From positions 11,346,001-11,410,000 of the forward strand of contig OZ024749.1 in NCBI GenBank assembly GCA_964016885.1: DNA of 64,000 nt, written 5' to 3'. The stretch comes from Eledone cirrhosa (taxonomy: Eukaryota). The first letter of the stretch is position 1, and every line of letters starts with the position of its first letter. Under the pieces are notes generated by a model that did not search any database, was not told where the DNA came from, and saw only the letters and a program-made list of their open reading frames with translations. Positions 40,021 to 53,816 of this stretch are shown here, one piece after another. A program made the translations under genes and the position numbers.

Positions 40021-40321
40021 TAGTGATCTACATTGACACTCCTATGATAAATCAACCGCCTTGAACTCCTTCCCTGCTCTTTACTTCTACTACGGTTTTT
40101 TTATTTGCTGAATCCACGTTCTGTACTCTTGTATTCTTTTTTTCCCTTATCTCCCCTTATATTTCACCTTTTCCTATGTCTTCTTCCCCCCCCCCCCTCC
40201 CCCATATATTCTTTTTGCCTTACCCTTCACATACCAAAATGTATGTGTATGTATGTGTATGTGTATATATATATATATGTGTGTATATATATATATATAT
40301 ATGTAGATAGACCAGGTTTTT

Positions 40322-40379
40322 TTCATTCTGATGATTGAAGGCAAAATCTTTTGCTTTTAAGAAACCACTGGTGAATGGA
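40322..40379 (+). ncRNA. Hammerhead family A copy with a GUG site
   Basis: Mirror of 39202-39259, sharing its diagnostic variants. Confidence 0.75.
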
Positions 40380-41191
40380 ATAATTGCCTTATGTTGTTTA
40401 TTACATTACTATATATATGTATATGTTTATAAAAACAAACGCACATGACCGCACAGATAAACAATGGACCATGCCACGTGGCTTGAACCCATAAGTGAAT
40501 TGAAGGTTCTGAAACTCTGATACACATATTGTTTATTATTTATTATTAAGATGTATAAACCGGACACAACTGTTATCATCCTATATTCTCTCAACGAATC
40601 ACACTTGATCATATTTCTCTATCCTGTTTTCTCCCCCCATAATTATTATATTTTTATTATTTTTTTATTATTGTTTGAAAAAAATCGTTTTTTTTTTACA
40701 TTGGGTTTCCCCTCCAAATATTCGCTTATATTTCCTTATATATTCTCTATATATTTTTTATCTTTATTATTATTTCCACTTTTATCCTCCTTTATATTTT
40801 ACCTTATTCTTACCTTTATACCTTATTATAGTGTAATCTTCCCCATGCCTTATTATACACTATTAATTATAGATTATTATTATTACTCTTTTTCCATTTC
40901 TAATTACCTCATGTACCTTCTCCTCCGCTATATGTATATATGTATTCTACGCCCTTTGTGTTTGTGTAGCCTCTGCGCACCCTCTGCACCATACTATCCA
41001 CGCCACCCCATCTATGGTTCAGCTAACCACCCGACCCCCGATGACCGCAGCTAGTAAACAAGGACCAACACCCCACCCTCCCGCACCAAAATTAGACTTA
41101 TCGTCCCCTTCTTTTGCTCTTTACTCTCTTTACTCTTTGTTCTTTGGTGTTTGGTTGGTAGAGTCCATAACACCAATCAAACCCCTTTTAT

Positions 41192-41239
41192 AGCTCTGAT
41201 GAATCCTACGGTTACACGTAAGGAAGAAACATTGTTAGC
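41192..41239 (+). ncRNA. Type I hammerhead, family C
   Basis: GCT-CTGATGA-A-TCCTACG..CGTAAGGA-A-GAAA-C-ATT-G-TT-AGC, followed by AATAAA. Confidence 0.65.
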
Positions 41240-41284
41240 CAATAAAAATCTTTTGATGTTGTAGACGCTCTTGTGTTCTTTTTC

Positions 41285-41316
<32 letters not shown>

Positions 41317-41424
41317 TTGTATTTGGTTGTGCGTGTTTGTGATATGTACGTATTTGTATGTGTATAATTGTATAGCTATGTATGTATGTGTGTGTGTATG
41401 TATATATATATGTATATGTATGTA

Positions 41425-41491
<67 letters not shown>

Positions 41492-41900
41492 ATGTATGTG
41501 TGTGTGTATATATGTACATGTGTGTGTGTGTGTTTGTGTATGTATCTGTGTATGCGTATGTATGTGTTTATGTATTTGTATATGTATATTTACGTGTGAG
41601 AGTGTGTGTATGTATTTACTTTTTCGTACGTATGTGTACGTGCATTTGTGTGTATTGCTTACAACGCGTGTTTGTTCATTTATTCGTCACTTGTATTGCT
41701 GTCAACTGTATATATATTTTTTCTTATATTTATTTGCGTGTGTGAATATGTAGAGGTGTGTGTATATTTTTCTATATTTGTACATGCATATGTATGCATT
41801 TATGTATGCGTATGTATGTACGTGTGTATATAGGTATGATTGTGTGCATGTATGTATGTATGTATATGTATGTGTGTATAGCTATGTATGTGTATGTGTA

Positions 41901-41937
<37 letters not shown>

Positions 41938-42189
41938 GATATTAACAAATGGAAACTATATTTATAAAACCATATCTATTTTATTATATTATTATACATA
42001 TTTCAAGGATACCATGTTAAATTATGGTATGCCTTCATCAGGATATTGGATTGGAAGACATCAGGATATTGGATTTGTTTATCTTAGTCTAAGATAAACA
42101 AATCCAATATCCTGATGTCTTCCAAAAGTAACGGTTGCATTTTGAAAGGGTATGTTAAAATTTATTTATAAAACTGGTATATATTGTAT

Positions 42190-42248
42190 TTTGTCTGATG
42201 AAAGCATACCATAATTTAACATGGTATCCTTGAAATATGTATAATAAT
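42190..42248 (+). ncRNA. Type I hammerhead, family B
   Basis: TTGT-CTGATGA-AAG.ATACCAT..ATGGTAT.CTT-GAAA-TATGTA-TA-ATAA; minus-strand copies at ~41988-42041 and ~37228-37284 (the latter with TTGATGA). Confidence 0.65.
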
Positions 42249-42386
42249 ATAATAAAATAGATATGGTTTTATAAATATAGTTTCCATTTGTTAATATCGT
42301 ATATTTACTCCAATTATTTCTCGAGTGCTTTATATCAGTTATAAAAGTGTTTGCTTGTTGTATCCCAACAATTTAAATAGAACTTT

Positions 42387-42425
<39 letters not shown>

Positions 42426-42550
42426 ATATATGTGTGTGTGGTTGTATATATGTATGTGTATGTATGGATGTGTTGATATTTATGTGCATATGTATGTGTG
42501 TGTATTTATATACACATATATATGTGTATATGTGTGTGTATGTATGAGTG

Positions 42551-42662
<112 letters not shown>

Positions 42663-42681
42663 CTTTTCAGACCAGGATTTT

Positions 42682-42739
42682 TTCATTCTGATGATTGAAA
42701 GCAAAATTTTTTGCTTTTAAGAAACCATTGGTAAATGGA
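42682..42739 (+). ncRNA. Type I hammerhead ribozyme, family A, GUA site
   Basis: TTCATT-CTGATGA-TTGAAAGCAAAA..TTTTGCTTTTAA-GAAA-CCATTGG-TA-AATGGA. Confidence 0.85.
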
Positions 42740-42836
42740 ATAATTGCCTTATGTTGTTTATTACACAACTATTAAGCTCTGTTACCTACATAGAGCACTC
42801 TTTTTTCCTGGACTTTTCCGACGGAATTACTTCATT

Positions 42837-42876
<40 letters not shown>

Positions 42877-42977
42877 CATTGCTGCAGTTTCCTCAGCTGT
42901 AGAAATGAGATGCAAAGTGGACGTATATATATATCAAAATGAATATCCGAAGGCAAGGTAAAATTCCAATCATTTAA

Positions 42978-43051
42978 TCACGACACATGTTTCAATAAGA
43001 GATAGATCGATTGTGAAGCCATGATCGATTATCACTGATCTCATCAGGTGA
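42978..43051 (-). ncRNA. Type I hammerhead, family D, GUC site
   Basis: TCAC-CTGATGA-long bulged helix II-GAAA-CATGTG-TC-GTGA. Confidence 0.7.
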
Positions 43052-44559
43052 AAAGGAATTGTCTTCAAATTCTTGATATGAGGGAGAAAAATAACGATGT
43101 TCTCTCACAGAATTCATTCCCTCATATATATATACACACAAATATATATATATATATATATATATATTGCCGTCTAACCCATGCTAGCGTGGTAAATGGA
43201 CGTTAAACGAAGATGATGATGATGATATATATACACATTATATATATATATATAATTACAACAGTGACATAAACAGGTACTTAAGTTTTGTTCGGTTCTT
43301 GACCATAACTCATTCAGCCTGTCATAATAAAAATAAAGATGGCCGCCTGGGGTTGATTGAAATATATCATAAAAGCTTAAACAAAGCCAGGTAATATAGA
43401 AATTAGTTTTTAAAAAATTTTTTTTTTTTAAATTATGAGCAAAGAAAGTAAGATCAAGGGAGGTAACTTTTGCAAGACGATAGCCAAGATTGAAGAAAAA
43501 TATTTTTTTCCAGCTAATTCAAAGAGCCCAATTTCTTTATGAAAATAGTTAGTAAATCAAAGTATACTTCTATACGTGTTAGTTACGTCTAAGCCATTTA
43601 CTCAGAGTATACATTTTTTCATGAGGACAGTGTCGAAAGCAATAAAGTCGTGTGTTGAGACAGTGTTTATCTGAAGCTAGTTGTGAGAGTATATACTTTG
43701 ATTGTTTCCTGACTACTAGTACCAGTTTCAACATAGAATTATTTTAACGAAGTATATTTGATTTGATTTGATTTTCGCCAACAAACCACGCGTGGACATG
43801 GACGGGGAAGAAAAAAAAAATCACTACATCCGTTAGGGATCGCACTAAATACTTCACAAAATCTATAGACAACAATATACACACAAATCTAAATATAGAT
43901 ACATACCACATGCATATACACACAAGTGAAAAGAAACCCCTATACCGGCCAATCTTACGTACATTTGTAAAATATTTCTGAACATTGACTTCGCTTCTAA
44001 CCCACATACACATTTTTATTATATATATATATATATTCGTGTGCAGATCTTTTTGTATACACACACATAATACATAGGAAAACAGAAACAGAAATACAAA
44101 AACAAAACATAAACAAACATTTATCTGGTTAACTTACGCAGCATATTTATTTGTTTACATGCGCAGATCCTATTGTACACACACACACAATATTTAGGAA
44201 AACGGAAACAAAACAAAAAACAAACATTTTATTTCTATCGTAATCAAGTCTGCTAAACCTATATTGTTTACATTCTGTGTTTGGCACTACAACGGAATTG
44301 GCTGTCAGAAGTGAAAGTAGAAGAATGTGATGTCAATCTGACGACATTCGTCAACCTTCCTTCATTTATTTCCGTATCACCACCACCATGTGTAAATAAA
44401 TAAACTTTGAAATCACCACGTTGATGCAAAACTTGGTTTTTCACTTTGGGATAATACACGTATTTGCAACTTATTTATGTTTATTTACGTTTAGCGTAAT
44501 CGATTTGTTTCCATATCACCACGCGTTTTATTTCATAGTCATAGTTATCAAATTAGAAA

Positions 44560-47500
44560 ACAAATGAAGTTCATGGGGCCGACACTACCGACTTTCTTTT
44601 AAAAAAAACAATTTAACGCAGGTAACTACAAGATAACCTTGTTTTGTAATACTGGCAGAAATTGTGTTTTTCTACGGATGGGCAGAAATAACAAAATTGC
44701 CATGGTGATATCCATGGATGAAGTATGCGACAAAACTGGTCGATGTTCCAAAATAGAACATTGCCCAGAAAATCACACCTGCCATATTTGTACGGAACCC
44801 GAAAACTCGTTCCGTAATCGCTGGGTCGAATGTGGAACCTGTCGCATCTCTGTCTGCCTTCAATGCGCCACAGGCTTCCGGAGGATCCCAGGCTCCAAAA
44901 AGACACATCATATTGCTATGATGGACTCTGGGAGATGGTCCAGCTAAAATCCTGGTCCTTTCAGTGACTGGCCTGTTTGCCTGCCTCCACCAATATTATT
45001 GAAAAACAACAACAACAAAAAAAAAACGATGACTGTATCTTCCTCTACCATTGTTACTGAACAACGGCAAAAACCTTTGACACTGGCTTCTGCTACTATT
45101 CCTGTGGAAGAACATCAGAAATAACAACAACCCATGTCTTCCGCTTCCAGTACATCTCGACACCAACAACCAACGACTGTGTCTTCCCTACCATTCCCGT
45201 GGAGGAACATCATCATCATCATCAACAACAACAACAGCAGGAGCAGCAGCAGCAGCAAACAACAACAACAGCAGCAACAGCAACAACAACAACAACAATC
45301 GACCAGTACAGATTTTGCAGAATTGCAACAAATGATTTCTGCTTTAAGAAGGGAAGTAACAGGAATAAAAGCAAGCATTCGGGTAGGACCCCACAATGAG
45401 GGGTCTTATCGGAATGCCTTGCTAAAGGATCTCCCTGTACCTCTTGCCGTATCTGGGCACACTGAGAAGACTGCGGAATCTGCTACCCATGAAGTAATTA
45501 CCATTGGGGTACCAGAGGACAAGGCTGATCTTCAGGCATTTGCTGCCAGCTCAGCCAAAGACCTAGGCTGTGTTCCCCCAAAGGGTGCTCTCCGCCTTGG
45601 TTGACCTGGTCCAAAACTCATCAGGCTGTCTTTTTCGGACCCGCTGAGGCAATTTCATATCATCTGGCCTCTGTTAAAGCTGGGCGTGAAAATCGGATTA
45701 TCTTCCGAACATGCCCAGGCCTACCACCCAATGTACGTCCAAAGCTATGTGTTGCAGCTTCCTTGAATCGGAACTCAGCACAACATGAAAGTTTTAGTCT
45801 GCGTGATGATGGGCAGATCTGGAGGTTTGTTAAGGCTGGTGAAACGTGGAAGAGAGATACCAACTGGTCTGAGTGTGCTCTACCCACAATAACTGGCAAT
45901 GAAAAAACTGCAACAACTCTGGGAAACTAAACCAGAACAACCTGCCATCCTCTACACATCATCATAAACTGCAAGCAGGGTACAAATTGTTGTGCTTCAA
46001 TGTTCGCAGTTTATGCAACAAGATACATTTGTTTAACTGCTACGTCAGAAGCATCGACCTTGACTTCATCACAGTCACGGAAACATGGGCACATTCCTTA
46101 CTGTGATGGGGTTTTCAGCATTACTGGGTACAATCTTTTCCGCAAGGACCGCATTAATCGCTGTGGTGGTGGTGTGATGGTCTACGTTCGTTCAAACTTT
46201 TCGGTAATTCCTTGCGTTGATTTGAACGAATCACAAGAAGTTTTTTTTTGTGACATACGTATGACCATGTCAACACTTCTGCTTGGTGTTGTTTATCGCC
46301 CCCCCCCCCCCAACTACCATCGGGACACACAGCTTTGCAATATCCTCAGAGCTGCTGCCAGGAAAACAGCCACTTATGTGTTTATTGCAGATGACTTCAA
46401 TCATCCTGAGATCGATTGGGAAACCTTTCGTTGGCCACAAAGTGCAAACGATTTCCTTGAGCTAGTGCTAGACTCAAACTGGTCACAACTAGTCACCTCT
46501 CCAACAAGAGGTGACAATACTTTGGACCTGATCTTCACCACTACTCCTGAAGTGGTTATCAGTTGTACTACTGAGGAACCTCTAGGCGACTCTGATCATG
46601 CTATGATCATTGCCAATCTGGCTCTTGCGGGCAGCAACAAAAACCAGAACCATCTCCAATCTGCCTGCTTTGATTGGAAGAAAGCAGATTGGAACTTGTA
46701 CTGCACTGAGCTACAGCTCCCAAACTGGCATGAGTTCTATAACTCTAGAGATGTGAACACTATACTCCAGAGCATCCTGGACTCAATATGGATAGCGTGT
46801 GCAGCATTGGTGCCACGTAAGCCGAAAAAAAAACACCCAAAAAATGCAATTTGGGAAACTTCAGCAGTCCGACTTGCCAGGAAAGAACGTCGGAACGCTG
46901 AACGGGAATATAAACTGCATAAATCAGATGCCAACAGAAAAAAGTGGAATAAATCTTCCAACCATCTCAAGCGAGTGACAAAAAGGGCAGTGCTTGAATT
47001 TGAACAGTGCATAGCAATCAATCCTGACAGTAAGGTGTTCTGGAAATATGTTCATTAAAAGCAGAGACCTCACTCTCCAGTTGGTCCTCTTCGCAATCCC
47101 CACACAAGCCAGATCAGTGACGATCCCAAAGAATGCGCAGAACTCATTGCTGAGTGCTATGCAAGCATTTTTACTGTTGAAAACCAGAATGTACCATCTC
47201 CACCATCTCTAACATCAAATTCCATAACAACTATGGAATTTACACCTGCAATGTTGCGACATCACCTTAAGAATAAACGCAACTATGCCTCCCCTGGTCT
47301 TGATGGTGTTACATACCTGCTTCTCAAACGTGGCGGGTACTTCCTTTTGCACCAGCTTTCTTTCTTCTTTCAATACTGTCTCAACAATGGTGCTACTCCG
47401 GAGCAGTGGAAAACTGCCAGTGTCATTCCTCTGTTCAAAAAGGGCGACCGCACGTCACGTGTCAACTATCATCCAGTCAGTCTTACTAGCTGTATTGCCA

Positions 47501-48912
47501 AACTGATGGAATCCTGTTTCAGAGAAACACTTTGGAACTTCTGGAGCTCTCACAGCCTCATCCGGCCCTCGCAGTTTGGATTTATCCCTAAATCCAGCTG
47601 CTGTGATCAGCTTATCGAGTTCCTTGAAGACATTACCCGGATCACTGACAGCGGCTCATGGATGGATGTTGTTTACCTTGACTTCGCTAAGGCTTTTAAT
47701 TCTGTGCCACACAAAAGACTTATGGCAAAACTCTCTGCAATGGGTGTGAGGGATGATCTTTTTAACTGGTTGAAATCCTTCATTCTCAGCCAAAAAGAGG
47801 TAGTCACGGTTCTAGGACAGCATTCTTCACCATATGAGATGTCATCTGGTGAACCACAGGGATCTGTTCTTGGTCCCCTTTTGTTTGTGGCATGTATTAA
47901 TGACATAGATGCCAACTTAAAGAATGCCACAATACTGAAATATGCAGATGACATCAAGCTGTACCTTGAAATCAAAAGGACTGATCCTGAAATCTACAAC
48001 TATTTCCTACAATCAGACCTGGATACAATGCAGCAATGGATCACAGACTGGCAACTGAAGCTGGCTGTGGACAAGTGTACCACCATGCATTTTGGGAGGA
48101 AAAATCCAGCGTCCACATACTCCCTCCACAACACTGATATCAAGAAGTCCTCTTGTGAACGTGACCTGGGCATTACTGTCAGCAGCAATTTGCGTTGGAC
48201 AAAGCATGTCTCTAAGATTGTCAAGAAGGCCGAGGGTATCTTGGCATCACTCAGCAAGACCTTTGTTAGCCGCTCTCCAGCCATCTATTTAAAGCTGTAT
48301 ACAGCTATGGTACAACCACACTTGGAATTCGCATCATCAGTCTAGAACCTCTATCTTGCTCAGAACATTGACCTCCTGGAAACTGTTCAGAGACGTGCAA
48401 CCAAGCGCATACCCTCCATCAGACACCTACCATACTCTGAACGCCTTGCTTCCCTGGGCATGGATTCATTGAAGCTCCGACGTCTGGCAATGGACTTGGT
48501 AAACACCCACAAAGTTATTAACCATCTTGCCAACAACAACCCTCAGCACCTTTTTGATCTCCATGTGTCTAACACATGTGGACATGCCTACAAAATCAGA
48601 AAACAGCACAACTCCCATGACTTTCGGAAACATTTTTTCACACTTAGAGTTGCTGAAGCATGGATCAAACTGCCTGCGTCAGTTGTTAGCTGCCGAGGTA
48701 CTGCATCCTTTAAAACCCTCATGCTTCCCGAAATTCGCCAAAACTACACCTGATGTACTCCTTCCATACACATGCACACATGTGTATATCATAACTCATG
48801 CACTGTTCATTTTCCTGACATTTGTACGTTACCCTATGTACTATACATACACTTTTGATGAGTTGTAGTGCACCTGAACACTGTACTCAATATTTTCATT
48901 ATTATTATTATT
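44560..48912 (+). mobile_element. Near full-length CR1-clade LINE (ORF1 with PHD-like finger; ORF2 APE-RT), mildly decayed
   Basis: ORF1 CHIC...WVECGTC...C..C; APE GYNLFRKDR...GGGV, GVVYRPP, DFN, LDL, SDH; RT YLDFAKAF, QGSVLGP, YADD; CR1 C-terminus RRATK...YSERL...RRL..DL; (ATT)n tail. Confidence 0.92.
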
Positions 48913-48914
48913 TT

Positions 48915-49450
48915 TATACCATTTTTCAGAATTACAAAGGCGACAAAATTTCAACCCATTAACATAGGTGGTAGATCTTTCATTTGATGGAAAAAGGTGA
49001 GCCATTATTCTTAAGGTGCCATACATGATTTGCGAACTGGGTGGCATGTTTTTTGTCAGGATATCTGAAGGTTATTTTGTGATTCAGGTACCGGTTTTTA
49101 AACTGGATCTCGAACATACCGACATAGGTCCAGGCTTCAGTTTGGTGGTTCTGGTTGGTGGAGGTAAACTTTGCTTGGTATATCTCCACCAGAGTGTTAC
49201 ACTGTTGGTCTAGTGGGCATGTTTCTGGTCTTCTACGTGACCATCCATATGGTGTAGGGCTTTTGCATTTGATGATGGTGCAGGATTTAACATTATTAGT
49301 GCATGAGCATCATATTTTCACTGTATGGCAATTAAATATCTTTTGGTATTTATGGCCAACAGGGAAGTGGAGGTCTGTGAGGGCTAGGAATTTGTTACCT
49401 ACATTAGTTTTCACATTAAGTGAGAATGGTGATGCGAACCTTATAATATC
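48915..49450 (-). mobile_element. Decayed PLE fragment (RT thumb/linker plus GIY-YIG)
   Basis: PFSLNVKTNVGNKFL...HFP, CPLDQQC, IYQA...YVGM...FKNRY.NH, VWHLK; same type as 39521-40020. Confidence 0.75.
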
Positions 49451-49499
49451 TTTATATCTAGGTTTTTTTTCTTTCTAGATATAGGGTGGTATATATATA

Positions 49500-50105
49500 T
49501 GCGCAGTGTGACATGGAGCTTGCTTCCCAACCACATGTTTCTGGGTTCAGTCCCACTGCCCGGGCCGACCAAGGCCCTGTGAGTGGATTTGATAAACCGA
49601 CCGAAACTAAAAGAAGCGCGTCGTATATATGTCTATATGTCTGTGTGTCTTGGCATTTGTGTTTGCACTCCCACCAATGCTTGTTGGTTTGTTGAGGTCC
49701 CCATAACTTACCAAGGTGATGCTCCAGCATGGGCGTATTCCAGAGACAGAAAAAAAGTAAAGTGGATATATATGTGTGTGCGTGTAGAAGAGGGGTCTCA
49801 AACTCAAGGACATAAAAGGGCCATTACGTCCTGGAGGAGAGGCACAGTGGGCCAAACGTGGTGGTGGGTGATGATTTTCACCAGTTATAATCATTTCTAC
49901 TATAGGCACAAGGCATGAAATTTAGGGTTTAGAGTCCCGTCGATTACATCGATCCCAGTTCACAACTGGTACTTAATTTATCGACCCCAAAAGGATGAAA
50001 GGCAAAGTTGAGATCGGTGGAATTTGAACTCGGAACGTAAAAACGGAAGAAGTACCGCTAAGCATTTCACCAGATATGCTTACGACTCCACCAGCTCACC
50101 GCCTT
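49500..50105. mobile_element. Composite of SINE fragments
   Basis: tRNA-like head at ~49505-49560; second-family SINE body on the minus strand at ~49965-50105. Confidence 0.5.
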
Positions 50106-50253
50106 ATATTCACCAGTGGAATCTGAAATATTGGTTTTACCACGGGCCATAGAAAAGTAGTTCGCGGGCCACATGTTTGAGCCCCCTGTTGGAGAGATAG
50201 ATAGACGCACACACATTTCTTACTCTCTCTGTCTCTCCCACTTTCATTCTCTC

Positions 50254-50298
<45 letters not shown>

Positions 50299-50486
50299 TT
50301 GTTATTTGACGTTGTTGAAAAGGGCAGTGGCCTTTGACCCGGCAATAAAAACTGGAGACAAAATTCTTTCTGTATCAAAAAAAACAAGGCACACAGAGAC
50401 ACACACACAAGTTTGTTTGTGTGTGTGTGTGCGTGCGTGTATTGTGTGTGTATCTATCTATGTATATATATATATATATATATATA

Positions 50487-50749
50487 TCACCTTGATCACC
50501 TTGACCGACCAGTCTGTCGGGCGTCCATTCGGCGCCGCTGGTCACAGCACGTCGTGCTGCTTTAGCCATAAGATGACGCCATCCCACTGGCTGGGCGGGC
50601 AGGCTGGTACTCATTTCTACAGCTGAGTAAACTGGAGCAATGTGAAATAAAGTGTCTTGCTCAAGGAAACAACACATCACCCGGTCCGAGAATTGAACTC
50701 ACAACCTTTTAATTGCAAGCCCAATGCTCTAACCACTAAGCCATGCACC
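50487..50749 (-). mobile_element. CORE-type SINE with a different 3' tail
   Basis: Head and CORE (50610-50749) match 590-728; the unrelated tail ends in GTGATCAAG repeats. Confidence 0.8.
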
Positions 50750-51453
50750 TATCAGTAGAGCATCCTGCCGAGTTAACTTTGCTTTTCATCCTTACGGGGT
50801 CAATAAAATAATGTACCAGTAATGCACTGGGGTAATTGCTGGCCTTGTGCCAAAAGTAGAAACAATTATTAATAAAAGTTTTTCATTAATAAATCCATAA
50901 ATATACAATTAAATAAAAAGCTTTTATTAGTAATGATCAGTAGCATCTGGACTATTATTATAAACCTTCATACCATTTTCGTCAATATGTGGGCATTGAT
51001 GGGGTGTAATAATCAATCAACCAGTGACCTGTGGTCCTTGGAGTAACATGTTGTTCAGACTAAATTTGACCTAGAGTGCTTGAGGAATGACTAATTAATT
51101 AATCAATTTTCCCCTCCCTACACTTTTGAATATACTCGGTCAATTGAAACCTATTTACTTTGGACTTTGCAGTGATATACTTGACTACTGGACTGGTCGA
51201 AAATAAACCATGCCAATTTTAGTCCCCAAAGCAAAAGTACATATATGTGCATGAAGGAGATAAACAAGCACTTAATATACTTTCATAAATCTGGGGCATT
51301 GGAGATACAAAACAAATAACTGCCTTTATTTAACAAGTCCCTCACTAAGTTTATGCGGGAATAGAAGTAAACATACACACACACACGTACACCAGATCCA
51401 AACACAGAGGAGCCAAACTCCCACTGTCATTGCCTCCATTTCCCTTGCCCTCC

Positions 51454-52113
51454 TCATCTCCCACTATTATGAGCAAATGTGGTTCCACACGTTGGGTGCC
51501 TCACAGCCCCGGCAGACAGAATAGAGAAGGCATTTCCCCAGAGGATGGTGAAGGAGATGCGCTGTAAGAGCCAGTCCATCTCGTGAGGTCCACACCTGTG
51601 GCTAGCCAGCTCAGCACCTATGGTGGTGAGTAGGGAGGTCAAACCTGACATTGCATATCTCCTCAGCTGCCACTCAGATACAAGTGTTGAGGTCAGCAAG
51701 GAGAGATGTGTGGCTGTAGCAAGGAGCGCTACAGATAGTATAGAGGAGCTTCGGCATGGCGAAGCAGTTCCATAGCAGAAAGAGAACTGGGTGGGCGTCA
51801 TTCATGCCAAGTCTGCTCATGAGGGTCTTGAGCTGCAGGAGCCTGAACCTGATGGTACAGCAGATGGCCGGTGCGGAGGGAGGATCGACAACTTGACGAT
51901 GAGGACATCCTCTTTAGGGGTCACCTGGAGGAGAATAGATCGCACGTCCGAGACGGAGGCTGCAAAGCCCTCTCCATTGTGGTTGACATTCACCACCTCC
52001 AGCCTGGACGAGTTGACCTCGAGGCCAATTCTCGCCAGAGCAGGAACCACCGATTGCAGGTCATGGCAGACAGTCTACACGGGCCCACCCAACGTAGCAT
52101 CATCCAGGTACCA
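51454..52113 (-). mobile_element. Internally deleted CRE-like (REL-type) non-LTR retrotransposon
   Basis: WYLDDATLGG...IGLEVN.S..E and C-terminal WLLQRISFTILWGNA. Confidence 0.6.
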
Positions 52114-52571
52114 GTAAACATTGTTTCTGATAAGTCTTCTTATTAATGCAACATTACTACATTATAATTGTTAGTATCTTGTCTTAACCCAACCCCTATT
52201 CTCTGCTAGACAATATTATTATAAGCTATGCTACAAGATAGATTAGAATCTTTAGATCTCTGCTGCAGTGTACCCAAAACTATAATTAAAGAGTGACATT
52301 CTGTGTACCACTCGTACCCGCTCCACAACACCTACCGCCCCAAAAAGCTAGAATCAGGTGGCATTTGTGGGACTTCCTCATACCAATATAACAGCATTTT
52401 TGTAGGCAGTCCCTCAATCGAATTTTCAATTTTCTATTCTCTTTTCCCTATCTTCAATTCTATGTTTTGGTTCTACATAATCCTGTTAAGTAATTCTGTG
52501 GTTGTTGCCTGATGAGATCATCCTATCTTGTATCATAATTGGATGATGGAGTTGAGCCATCAAAATATGTA

Positions 52572-52735
52572 TGAGGTTGGTGTTAGGAAGGGCATCCAGC
52601 TCTAGAAATCAAGCCAGAATCAGTTCCTGTATGAGCAAGACAAGGTCAGCCGACCAGACACTGCCCACAACAGGAGGAGAACCCGTCTAACCCATGCTAG
52701 CGTGGAAGAACGGACGTAAAACGGTGATGATGATT
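52572..52735 (+). mobile_element. SINE 3' fragment
   Basis: Reverse complement of 9938-10105. Confidence 0.75.
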
Positions 52736-52809
52736 TCATGGAATTAAAATTCTGAAGTAAATTTTCCAATCTGGCCTTCTGTTGTTGTTTTATATATATA
52801 TATATAAAT

Positions 52810-53095
52810 ATATCACAGAAAAAAAGAGAATCAGTGTTGCGACGAATGGAATTTATTGGACATATTACATTCGTTTCTCTGGCGACCAGCTTGAGGCACG
52901 ATCGATGTGATGATCGAACCTGACTCTGAAAATCTGCTTCGTAGAATCAAGATGTATCTGAGGATCTTGCGATTTTCAGAGTCAGGTTCAATCATCACAT
53001 CGTTCGTGCCTTGAACTGGTCATCAGAGAGACGATTGTAATATGTCCAATAAATTCCATTCGTCGCAACACTGATTCTCTTTTTTTCTGTGATAT
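52810..53095. repeat. 286-bp imperfect palindrome carrying a hammerhead-like core (probable inverted PLE pLTR)
   Basis: Arms ~52810-52934 and ~52972-53095; plus strand GTAT-CTGAGGA...GAGAC-GATT-GTA-ATAT; the left arm keeps GAAAC on the minus strand. Confidence 0.8.
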
Positions 53096-53168
53096 CATAC
53101 TCTGCTCTATGAGAGCATCGAGTGCTCATACGGCCTACCGCATACGGACGCTTTAAGCATCCAACACC

Positions 53169-53199
<31 letters not shown>

Positions 53200-53779
53200 C
53201 TATATTATATTTTGAGAATAAACTCTCAGTCATTTACAATAATCCAGCTCCAAGAAAAGGGGCATTTCTGAGCAGTTAAATACATTAAAATACAGTATAT
53301 TAAAATATAGTATATTGCTCCTTAACTGTAGAGCTGATCTTTAATCCCGCATAAACGGCTGTTATTTCTAGCACCGGGAATGCGGAACGGCTAATTTGGC
53401 CTGGCTACACACGTGTAGTCAGACCTGCTAAATTTTTGATGTGAAATGTACTAATTTTACTGGGTTCCTGTTGATAAGCACAGAAGATTTGGATATTTCA
53501 CTTTTTATTTCATTTCCATTTCGATTCTCTTTATTTTTCAATTCACGTACCACCTTTGCGAAACGTATTTGGGTTTCGAGGTTCAAATTCGTCTACGGAA
53601 CAGGTTTGGATTTTGAAATTTTAATATGTCCAGGAACCATGGCCATTGCCAATATAAGCTTGTCGTTATTGACTTATATCGAGACAGACAAATTGTATTC
53701 ACTTTAATTAGTTTATTTCATTAATAGCTAACTTCGTCTGTTACAATGCAAACACGTTTTGTGTTTATCATATATTTTA

Positions 53780-53816
<37 letters not shown>

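Noticed and set aside
52506-52560. CTGATGA followed by a stem
   Set aside because: GAAA and NUH are missing; at best a dead relic.
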